NCBI GenBank assembly: GCA_036676985.1
Contig: JAKFBU010000006.1
Location: forward strand, 15,067 to 79,066
Length of the DNA stretch: 64,000 bases
Reading direction: 5' to 3'
Source: Candidatus Sericytochromatia bacterium
GTDB taxonomy: Bacteria; Cyanobacteriota; Sericytochromatia; S15B-MN24; UBA4093
The notes beneath the pieces were generated by a model. It made no database searches. It was not told the DNA's origin and worked only from the letters and a program-made list of their open reading frames with translations. A program made the position numbers and the translations under genes. This document shows, piece by piece, positions 1 to 9,873 of this stretch (the stretch's first letter is position 1; the number at the start of each line of letters is the position of its first letter).

Positions 1-684
1 GCCCGCCCCTACGCCTTCGCCTACGGGGGCTCGCGGGCCTACGCGGACGTGGCCGCCCCCGAGTCCTACGCGGCGCGTTACCTCTACCGGCTCCCTGCGC
101 CCGTCACGCTCCGCCGCGACACCGACGAGCGCGTCGCCCTCCGCTCGTTCCAGGGCGTGCCCATCGATCGGACCTACCGGGTGGAGGCCGCGATCCAGCT
201 GCTCCGCGAGCCCTATCCCGAGACGCCCCGGAAGGCACGGATCCGCCTGACGATCCCGAACACGGTCCAGGCGGGGCTGGGCGAGGCGCTGCCCGGGGGC
301 AAGATCACGGTCTACACGCCCACCCGCCAGGGGGAGCTTGCGATCGCGGGCGAGCCGACCCTCGCGGACACGCCGGTGGGCCAGAGCCTCGAGATCGACC
401 TGGGCGAGGCCTTCGACGTCACGGCCGAGCGGAGCCAGACGGCCTATCGCGTCACGGCGACCACCCACGAGGTGGCCTACCGGGTTCTCTTGCGCAACCA
501 GCAGGGCGTGGCCGTCAACGTGTGGGTCACCGAGCAACTGTCGGGGGACTGGACCATCACCCGCAGCTCGCACCCCTACGAGCGGCTCTCGACGACCCAG
601 ATCCGCTTCCGGGTGCCGGTGCCGGCCCAGGGCAGCACGGAAGTGACCTATGAGGCCTCCATCGTCCGCGAGCAGCAGCGATGA
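1..684 (+). CDS. DUF4139-domain protein, 5'-truncated by window edge
   Basis: Frame is open from base 1. LGEALPGGKITVY, DTPVGQSLEIDLGEAFDV and FRVPVPAQGSTEVTY match the DUF4139 C-terminus as I recall it. Confidence 0.75.
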   Translation, partial: ARPYAFAYGGSRAYADVAAPESYAARYLYRLPAPVTLRRDTDERVALRSFQGVPIDRTYRVEAAIQLLREPYPETPRKARIRLTIPNTVQAGLGEALPGGKITVYTPTRQGELAIAGEPTLADTPVGQSLEIDLGEAFDVTAERSQTAYRVTATTHEVAYRVLLRNQQGVAVNVWVTEQLSGDWTITRSSHPYERLSTTQIRFRVPVPAQGSTEVTYEASIVREQQR

Positions 685-768
685 AAGGGGTTTCTACCGT
701 GGCGCCCCGGGCAGGACCCGTGTAGAATGGCCATTCGAAGCAGTCCGTGGCCTGGAGAGGAAGTCAGC

Positions 769-1347
769 GTGGTCAAACAGAAGGTAGTCCGTCGTGCCGG
801 CAGTGACGAGATCCCGGAGCGCCCCAAGCGCAGCTTGGTGGTGCGGATCGGCATCGCCATCGTCGGTCTGGCGGTGGTCATCAGCTCGCTGGTGCCGCTC
901 CTGAGCATGTTCGAGCGGGCGCCCGAGTCGAACCCGCTGGCCCAGATCGAGGAGGCTGTCCGACAGAATCCGCAGGACGCGAACATGCACGTCCTGTTGG
1001 GCAATGCGTACTACGACGCCCAGCGCTACGCCGAGGCCGCGGAGACCTATGAGAAGGCGCTCGCCCTCAAGCCGGGCGATTCCAACGTTCAGGTGGACTA
1101 CGGGACCTCACTCTTCTACTCGGGTCATCCCGAGGAGGCGCTCGCGGAGTATCGGGCGGTCCTCAAGCGGGACCCGAAGCACTTCCAGGCGCATTTGAAC
1201 ATGGGCGTCGTGTACCGCAGCCAGGGCAAGACGGACGAGGCGATCGCGAGCTGGAAGAAGGCCGAGCAGTACGCCCCGGATGCCCAGACCAAGGGGCATG
1301 TGGCGGAGATGATCACGGTGGCGGCGGCTTCCACCATCGGGAAGTAA
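769..1347 (+). CDS. Membrane-anchored TPR-repeat protein
   Basis: One N-terminal TM helix followed by about 3 TPR repeats (LGNAYY..., HLNMGVVY). GTG at 769 follows a GGAGAGG RBS. Confidence 0.8.
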   Translation: MVKQKVVRRAGSDEIPERPKRSLVVRIGIAIVGLAVVISSLVPLLSMFERAPESNPLAQIEEAVRQNPQDANMHVLLGNAYYDAQRYAEAAETYEKALALKPGDSNVQVDYGTSLFYSGHPEEALAEYRAVLKRDPKHFQAHLNMGVVYRSQGKTDEAIASWKKAEQYAPDAQTKGHVAEMITVAAASTIGK

Positions 1348-1355
1348 GCTCGAAC

Positions 1356-1586
1356 TAAGGAGTCCGTTCGCCTTTCGACCTGGCCCAAAGGGCATGCTCT
1401 CTTAGTCTTCATGCACTGAAGGAACCGTTCATCCTTCGACTCGCTCAGGACGAACGGTTTTTTGTGGGTGGCGCGAGCGGTACGCCCCTTGAACTGAGTA
1501 GCGATCCCTTGGATGGTCCAGCCACCCCTTGAGACCCACAACCATCCCGTTCGTCCTGAGCGAGTCGAAGGAACGAACGGTTCCTT
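1356..1586. repeat. Palindromic REP/MITE-like element (family A)
   Basis: Near-perfect inverted arms of about 40 bp at 1419-1457 and 1547-1586 (AAGGAACCGTTC..CCTTCGACTCGCTCAGGACGAACGG), plus a partial arm at 1356-1388. A related copy lies at 22710-22794. Confidence 0.8.
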
Positions 1587-1601
1587 ATAGAAAAGCGAGC
1601 C

Positions 1602-2255
1602 CTACAGCTGCTGGCGGGCCCGCATGAGCTCGCGCTGGACGTCGTTGACGTAGAGCACCAGCAGGCTGCGCAGGGCCTCGGTGAGGTTGATGAACTCCAG
1701 CCCGATGAACTGCTGCGTCCCCCCCGAGTCGAAGTGGGCCGCGCAGCGCCGGACGTAGCCGTAGGCCGCAAAGGGCCCGTGGACCGGCAGGTCCAGCTCG
1801 AGGCGGGCCAGGGTGCCCAGCGGGATGGTCGGCGTGATGAGCAGGCCCACGCCGCCCCCCGACACGTCCTTGAGCTTGCCGTACACCCGCGGGCCGAACT
1901 CGCCGGTGGCCGGATCGATCTGCCACTCGATGGTGCAGGGCAGGTTGGAGGGCACGCGCACGAACTGCCGGCGCTGGATGCGCTGGATCTCGTCGTCGGG
2001 CGGAATCTTGAGCGTGAGCCCGCCTTCGCTGTCCTTGAGGATGGTGCAGCGCATGGCGTAGTTGGCGTCGGGCATCACGAAGGTGACGCTGAGGTCGTCC
2101 CCGGTGATGGGAATGCGCACGCCGTGCCGGCGGGGCGTGCTGATGGCGAACTCACCTGACCAGACGGCGAGGACCGTCGAGTCGCACGGAATGGTGCGCT
2201 CCCCCGACGGGACCAAGAGCTGGATGGCTTGTCCGACTTTGATCTGGATCTTCAT
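1602..2255 (-). CDS. PilZ-domain c-di-GMP receptor, YcgR/flagellar-brake-like
   Basis: N-terminal YcgR-like barrel, then both PilZ motifs: RxxxR (QRRQFVR) and DxSxxG (DVSGGG). Confidence 0.85.
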   Translation of the reverse strand: MKIQIKVGQAIQLLVPSGERTIPCDSTVLAVWSGEFAISTPRRHGVRIPITGDDLSVTFVMPDANYAMRCTILKDSEGGLTLKIPPDDEIQRIQRRQFVRVPSNLPCTIEWQIDPATGEFGPRVYGKLKDVSGGGVGLLITPTIPLGTLARLELDLPVHGPFAAYGYVRRCAAHFDSGGTQQFIGLEFINLTEALRSLLVLYVNDVQRELMRARQQL

Positions 2256-2351
2256 GGCTGTCCCACAATGCTCGCTTGGCTCAAGCACTGTAACGCAGAA
2301 GGGCGGCCTCCCGCGTGCCTCGGATCACATGATGCCCGTGATCCCTCTCTC

Positions 2352-3246
2352 TTATCGTATCAGGAGCCAGTGCCAGAGCGGAAGGGTCAGGAAGCTGAGC
2401 ACGATCGAGGCCACGATCGTATTGAGGACCAGCGGGAGCTCGAGCCCGAAGAGCAGGGCCAGGGAGAACGCGTAGAGCATGGTCGGCATGGCGGCCTCCA
2501 TGACGGCGGCCTGCCGAAAATCCGTGGGCAGGCCGAGCGCCAGGACGAGCCCCCACACGAGGGCCGGCATGACGACGAGCTTCAGGGCCGTGGCCCCGAG
2601 CGTCAGGGGCCACTGGCGAGCGGCATGCCGGAACTGCAGCGAGAGGCCGATGGAAAGCATGATGAGGGGCGTCGTGAGGTCGCCGATCCGCTCGAGCAGG
2701 TTGCCGAGGGTTGCCGGCAGGGCGACGCCATGCAGGCCGAGCCCGAGGACGAGGCCCCACAGGGGCGGAAAGCGCAGGAGCCGTCCGAAGAGCTCCCGCG
2801 TGCGCACCGGTCCGCCGCCGAGCTTTGCCGCCACCAGCGCTCCGGCCGAGTTCACGGCCAGCGTGGCGCCCAGCAGATCGTAGAAGATGGCGAGCGTCAG
2901 GTGACGGGTCCCGAAGTAGCCCTCGATGATCGGGTAGCCGAAGAAGGTGGTGTTCGCGAAGGCGATGGCGAGCATCCACGAGCCCAGCGTCCGGTCGTCC
3001 AGGCGCAGCAACCGGCCCGTCAGCCAGCCGATCGCCAGACCGAGCAGGCAGGCTGCCCAGGCGACGAGCGGCATCCAGAGTAGGGACCACTGCAGCTCGG
3101 AGCGGTGCAGGGCGCTGAAGATGAGCGCGGGCAGCGTCAGGTAGAAGACGATCAGGTTGAGGTGCCGAGCGGCGTCCTCGGGCAGGAGGCCCAGCTTGCG
3201 CAGGGCGTAGCCGCCCGCGATCATCGCGAGCACCAGGGCGACGAGA

Positions 3247-3254
<8 letters not shown>
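2352..3254 (-). CDS. AEC (auxin efflux carrier) family transporter
   Basis: About 10 TM helices with family motifs LPALIF, ANTTFFGYP, KLVVMP and EAAMP. Confidence 0.9.
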
Positions 3255-5067
<1,813 letters not shown>

Positions 5068-5196
5068 GGGGAGGGCTCGTAAGGGAACGAGAGTGTCATG
5101 CCCACGTCAAGCCCTTGAAAAACATTCCATTCCGCGAGGGGACGCCTGAGTGGAATGGAATCGACCGGAGAAGCCGCCGAGTGATCGAGGGTGTTA

Positions 5197-5225
5197 TTGA
5201 CGCCTGGTAGAACGGAACGTAGCGT
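5197..5225 (+). promoter_or_regulatory. Putative sigma70 promoter of vWA lipoprotein gene
   Basis: TTGACG-N17-TAGCGT located 30 nt upstream of the ATG. Confidence 0.45.
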
Positions 5226-5255
5226 AGCGACCCCACGTTCCGAGGAGGCCCGATC

Positions 5256-6455
5256 ATGACTCGCCGTCCCTTACCGCTCCAGGCCCTGGCCCTGCTCTTG
5301 TCCGGCACGCTCACCGGCTGTGCGATGGAATCGGCCATGCTGGCCAGTGTCAGCCCCGCCCGCTCCGGGGCGACGGCGGACGCCGCGGGCGGCTACGCCT
5401 CGAACGCGGGGGCCATCGGCGCCGGAGGGGGCACGGGCGCCCCCATCCAGCAGGGGAGCGGCCTGAAGGGCGGCGAGGTGGACGACAACGCGGACTTCGC
5501 CAAGTACCTGAGCTACCTGCAGGAGTTCCAGGGCCGGGGCGTCCAGCCGGTGGACGTCTCCCAGCGCTTCCAGCTGCGGGTGACGGATCAGGCGTCGCTG
5601 AGCGTGCCGAACGCGCTCGTCACCATCAAGCAGGGCGAGGCGACGGTCTTTTCGGCCCGCACGACGAGCGCCGGTCGGACCCTCTTCTTTCCGCGGGCCT
5701 ACACCGAGACCTCGACGGCGGACTACACCGTGAGCGTCACCAAGGGGAGCGTCGAGGCGACGGCCTCGCTGTCCCACGACGCCTCGGGCAGCCTGGAGCT
5801 TGCGTTGCCCATGCAGCGCGGGGCGATCGCCCCCAAGCTGGACATCTGCTTCGTCCTGGACGTGACGGGCAGCATGGGCGACGAGCTGGGCCGGGTCCAG
5901 AAGACCATCCGCGACATCTCCGGGCGCATCCAGGGCCTGGCGGGGAGTCCGGCGGTCCGCTACGGCCTGGTCGCCTACCGCGACCGGGGGAGCGACTACG
6001 TGACCAAGGTGGGCGACTTCACGACGTCGCTGGACACCTTCCAGAGCCGCTTGAACGGCCTCACGGCCGGTGGCGGCGGGGACTACCCCGAGGCCGTCAA
6101 CGAGGCGCTCACCCAGGCTACCCATGCCATGGCCTGGGACACGGGCGAGAGCCTGCGCCTCATGTTCGTGGTCGGCGACGCTCCCCCCCACATGGACTAC
6201 GTCCAGGACGTCCCCTACTCCACCACCATGCTCCAGGCGGCCTCCAAGGGCATCAAGATCTTCCCCCTGGCGGCGAGCGGCCTGGACGCCGCGGGCGAGT
6301 ACGTGTTCCGGCAGCTCGCCCAGGTCACCAACGGCAAGTTCCTGTTCATCACCTACGGCGGCACCACGCCTCACGACGTGGGCCCGGTCCAGGAGAACAA
6401 CCTGGACGACCTGGTGGTCGACATCGTCCGCGGCGAGCTGCAGAACCTCGAGTAG
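5256..6455 (+). CDS. vWA-domain lipoprotein
   Basis: Lipobox LTGC; MIDAS-like DVTGSM, YRD, GGGDYPE and GDAPPH motifs. Confidence 0.88.
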   Translation: MTRRPLPLQALALLLSGTLTGCAMESAMLASVSPARSGATADAAGGYASNAGAIGAGGGTGAPIQQGSGLKGGEVDDNADFAKYLSYLQEFQGRGVQPVDVSQRFQLRVTDQASLSVPNALVTIKQGEATVFSARTTSAGRTLFFPRAYTETSTADYTVSVTKGSVEATASLSHDASGSLELALPMQRGAIAPKLDICFVLDVTGSMGDELGRVQKTIRDISGRIQGLAGSPAVRYGLVAYRDRGSDYVTKVGDFTTSLDTFQSRLNGLTAGGGGDYPEAVNEALTQATHAMAWDTGESLRLMFVVGDAPPHMDYVQDVPYSTTMLQAASKGIKIFPLAASGLDAAGEYVFRQLAQVTNGKFLFITYGGTTPHDVGPVQENNLDDLVVDIVRGELQNLE

Positions 6456-7988
6456 TCAGGCCTTGCCGCGATCGAGGGTGCGGTACTGGATGGCCTCGGC
6501 GACATGCGGGGCCTCGATGGCCGCGGAGGCTTCCAAATCGGCGATGGTGCGGGCCACCTTGAGGATGCGGTCGTAGGAGCGGGCCGAGAGCCCGAGCTGG
6601 GCGATCGCGAGCCGCAGGAGCTCCGTGCCCGTCGCCTCCAGTCGGCAGTGATCCCGCACGTCCCTGGCCCGCATCTGGGCGTTGCAGTGGACGCCCGGTG
6701 CGCCTTTGAAGCGATCGCGCTGCACCTCGCGTGCCGCCATCACTCGCGCCCGGATGACGCTCGAGGGCTCGGCCTGCTGGGCCTGCATCATGTCCGCCTG
6801 CGAGAGGCGGGGCACCTCGATCTGCAGGTCGATCCGGTCCAGCAAGGGCCCCGAGAGGCGGGTCCAGTAGCGATCGGCCTGGAACGTCGAGCAGCTGCAA
6901 GCCTTGACGGCATCCCCGCGGTAGCCGCAGGGACAGGGGTTGAGGGCGGCCGCGAGGGTGAATTGGGCCGGGTAGGTGAGCGCCATCTGGGCTCTCGAGA
7001 TGGTCACCACGCCATCCTCCAGGGGCTGGCGCATCACTTCCAGCACATCGCGGCGAAATTCCGGCAGCTCGTCCAGAAACAACACGCCGTGGTGAGCGAG
7101 CGAGATTTCGCCGGGACGGGGCACGGAGCTGCCGCCCACCAGGCCCGCGGGCGAGATGGAGTGGTGGGGCGAGCGAAAGGGGCGCCGGGTGATGAGGGGG
7201 GTGCCCGCGGGCAAGAGGCCCGCCACGCTGTAGAGCTTGGTCACCTCCAGGCTCTCGGAGGCGTCCAGCGGCGGGAGGATACCCGGCAACCGCTTGGCCA
7301 GCATGGTCTTGCCGCTGCCTGGCGGCCCCACGAGCATGACGTTGTGGCCGCCCGCAGCCGCGACCTCCAGCGCCCGCTTGGCGAAGTCCTGCCCCTTCAC
7401 CTCCTCGAAGTCGGGCATGTCCGGATCGGGCGCTCCGAGCATGGAGCCGAGGTCCACCCGGGTGGCCTCCAGGCCGGACCGCTGGTTGAGCAGGCCGACG
7501 ACCTGGGCGATGCTGTCGGCCCCGAACACCGCCAGCTCGCTCACCAGGGCGGCCTCGGGGGCGTTGGCGGCAGGCACCACGATGGCCTTGAAGCCGGCGC
7601 GGGCGGCGGACAGCGCGATCGGTAGGATGCCGCTGACCGGGCGCAGGGCGCCATCCAGGGACAACTCGCCGACGAACATGGTGTCCGCGAGCGCGTCCGG
7701 GACGATCTGGTCCGACGCGGCCAGGATGCCCACGGCGATGGGCAGGTCGAAGCTCGGGCCGGCCTTCTTGATGTCCGCCGGAGCCAGGTTGCATGTGAGG
7801 CGCAGGGGCGGGAAGGCATACCCCGAGTTGCGGATCGCGCTCTTGACCCGTTCTCGGCTCTCCTGGACGCCCGTGTCGCCCAGGCCGACCACCGTGAACG
7901 CCGGCAATCCGTTGGCGATGTCGACCTCGACCTCCACCACGTAGGCATCCACGCCCAGCACGGCTCCGCTCAGCGCTTTGGCCAGCAT
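6456..7988 (-). CDS. comM: YifB/ComM Mg-chelatase-like AAA+ ATPase
   Basis: ESRERV, NLAPAD, Walker [31 protein letters not shown] and SGPLLDRID motifs. Confidence 0.95.
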   Translation of the reverse strand: MLAKALSGAVLGVDAYVVEVEVDIANGLPAFTVVGLGDTGVQESRERVKSAIRNSGYAFPPLRLTCNLAPADIKKAGPSFDLPIAVGILAASDQIVPDALADTMFVGELSLDGALRPVSGILPIALSAARAGFKAIVVPAANAPEAALVSELAVFGADSIAQVVGLLNQRSGLEATRVDLGSMLGAPDPDMPDFEEVKGQDFAKRALEVAAAGGHNVMLVGPPGSGKTMLAKRLPGILPPLDASESLEVTKLYSVAGLLPAGTPLITRRPFRSPHHSISPAGLVGGSSVPRPGEISLAHHGVLFLDELPEFRRDVLEVMRQPLEDGVVTISRAQMALTYPAQFTLAAALNPCPCGYRGDAVKACSCSTFQADRYWTRLSGPLLDRIDLQIEVPRLSQADMMQAQQAEPSSVIRARVMAAREVQRDRFKGAPGVHCNAQMRARDVRDHCRLEATGTELLRLAIAQLGLSARSYDRILKVARTIADLEASAAIEAPHVAEAIQYRTLDRGKA

Positions 7989-8001
7989 GCGACCTCCTGC
8001 C

Positions 8002-8038
8002 TTTGATATATAAATGTATTCTTTTATTTTATATCAAA
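8002..8038. promoter_or_regulatory. AT-rich inverted repeat immediately upstream of comM (putative operator)
   Basis: TTTGATATA-N19-TATATCAAA, within the most AT-rich stretch of the window. Confidence 0.5.
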
Positions 8039-8148
8039 AAGCTGAAAATGACGTCACGAGGCCATCGCGTTCGATGGTCGAACGACCTCCAAACGAACAA
8101 ATTACGGGGCTTTTACGGATTTAGTATTTGCGGACTCTGCCATACTCC

Positions 8149-8388
8149 ATGCACGATGTGATGGGTGATTTGAAGGAGCCGGCGGCCATGGGCGCGCAAT
8201 CGGAAGAGCTGAAGGACCTCGCGTGTCCCCTGTGCTCCGAGCCCATGGCGCACCTGACCCAGCATGGCCTGCACTGCCTGAAGTGCTGCCTGGTCGTCAT
8301 CATGCACGACGGGGGCCGCGCCACCCTCATCCCGTCCAAGGGTGCCATCCGGGACGTGCGGCTGGCCGACCTCAGGCGCCCCCGCTGA
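8149..8388 (+). CDS. Small zinc-ribbon protein (start uncertain)
   Basis: CPLC-x13-CLKCC motif, GC-biased codons, and a hairpin directly downstream. Confidence 0.5.
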   Translation: MHDVMGDLKEPAAMGAQSEELKDLACPLCSEPMAHLTQHGLHCLKCCLVVIMHDGGRATLIPSKGAIRDVRLADLRRPR

Positions 8389-8390
8389 CT

Positions 8391-8416
8391 CGAGCCCGCC
8401 GGATCCGGCGGGCTCG
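8391..8416. terminator. Hairpin between convergent genes
   Basis: CGAGCCCGCCGGATCCGGCGGGCTCG is a perfect palindrome. Confidence 0.6.
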
Positions 8417-8420
8417 CGGC

Positions 8421-9008
8421 TTACGGGCGAACGGCGATGCCCTTGACCTCCAGCTTGACCTCGTCGTCGACCGGCCGGAAGAGCAGGCTGGGCCGCTCGA
8501 CGCCAAACTCGGACAGCAGGAACGAGAAGCGGGCGTCCACCTCCATCCGGGCGCCGTCCACGAAGCCGCTCAGCGTGATGTCCACCGGGCGGGTGGTGCC
8601 GTTGAGCGTGAGGCTCCCCTTGGCCGTTCCCTCGGCGGTCGTCTTCGTCCCTTCCGTGCGCTTGCTCGCCCAGGTGACGGACTGGATCTCCAGGACGGCC
8701 TGGGGGTAGCGGGACACGTGCATGACTTGCAGCATGTTGCGATCGCGGTTGCGGTTGCCGCTGTCGAACGACCGGATCGGCACCGAGAGCCGGAGCGGCA
8801 TGGCCAGGTCCGGTCCGGCCGTCACACGGGGCTCGCCGGAGAGCTGGTGCGAGACCCCCACCACGTGGTGCATGGGGTGGATCACATGGTAGGTCACCGT
8901 GCTCTCGGGAGTGAATCGATAGGTGGTCGGCTCGGCCGCGAACCCGGGTGCCGAGAGCGCGCTGCCGAGCAGCAGGGAGGCGAGGGCGAGGCGAAGCTTA
9001 GAAGTCAA
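8421..9008 (-). CDS. YceI-family periplasmic lipid/isoprenoid-binding protein
   Basis: Signal peptide plus FDSGNRNRDRNM, GSLTLNGTTRPV and SEFGVERP motifs. Confidence 0.88.
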   Translation of the reverse strand: MTSKLRLALASLLLGSALSAPGFAAEPTTYRFTPESTVTYHVIHPMHHVVGVSHQLSGEPRVTAGPDLAMPLRLSVPIRSFDSGNRNRDRNMLQVMHVSRYPQAVLEIQSVTWASKRTEGTKTTAEGTAKGSLTLNGTTRPVDITLSGFVDGARMEVDARFSFLLSEFGVERPSLLFRPVDDEVKLEVKGIAVRP

Positions 9009-9576
9009 AGACGATCACTCCTGCGGACAGGGCCATGAGGCCCAGGGTCGTCCCCCCGAGGATGCCGTGCGTCACGCGGTCCATGCCGCCGGTGGCCGTC
9101 AGCACGCCCAGGACGAAGGTGGTGGCGATCCCGGCCCCATGCAGCCAGGCGAGCGAGCGGTGCAGCGAGACCGCATCCCAGCCCGACCCTGCCGGCTCGT
9201 AGCCCGCGGGTACGGTCAGGGCGAGCGTCGCCGCCCCCAGGTACAGGCCCGTCGTGAGGCCGCCCAGGGCCATGTGGACGGTGCGCAGGGTCCCGTACTG
9301 GGATGCCGGCGCCCAGTTGGAGGTATAGCCGCCGAGGCCAGCGGTGAGGGCCATGGACCCGAGGGTCGCAAGCCCGAAGCCCTGGTGCCACTGCAGCTGG
9401 GCATGCCGCACCGTCGCTTCTTCTTCGAGCTTGAGATCGGTCGGGGCTTCGGCGAGAGGGTCATTCGGCGCCTGTGCGAACTGCAGGCGGTAGTCATCCA
9501 GGGGGGCCGCCAAGGCCGGTACGGGTAGAGAAAGCGTCAAGGCCCCGATCACAGCAGCCTTCAGGGGGGTGGACAC
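8998..9576 (-). CDS. Hypothetical membrane protein with His-bearing TM helices (cytochrome b-like possible)
   Basis: GTG start after AGGAG. Signal peptide and 4 hydrophobic helices, each with a His (WHQ, VHM, LHR/WLH, THG). Overlaps the yceI start. Confidence 0.6.
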   Translation of the reverse strand: MSTPLKAAVIGALTLSLPVPALAAPLDDYRLQFAQAPNDPLAEAPTDLKLEEEATVRHAQLQWHQGFGLATLGSMALTAGLGGYTSNWAPASQYGTLRTVHMALGGLTTGLYLGAATLALTVPAGYEPAGSGWDAVSLHRSLAWLHGAGIATTFVLGVLTATGGMDRVTHGILGGTTLGLMALSAGVIVFDF

Positions 9577-9873
9577 GCATGGCTCCTTTCCGAACCCACG
9601 GTGATGCGCCGCCGCCGGTGCTGGTCGCCCCGGTTCGGCGTCGGCATGACGGGAAAGTTGCAAACATTCTTCATCATGACATACGTCTGCCCGGCCGCAC
9701 GGGGGGCGATGCTCCGGATGCTTTGGTGAAGCGATTTTCAGCCGAGCGAGTGGTGCGGGTATCAGTGGCGGCCGGGCTATGGCCGCTTTGTTGAGGCGAT
9801 CACCGGAGCACCGTACCGGTATCATGTAATGCTAAGATTATGGCGGGCGGCGCCCTTTGATACGAGGACAGAC

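Noticed and set aside
6456-7988. comM as a mobile-element insertion site
   Set aside because: The gene is intact, with no integrase or att duplication.
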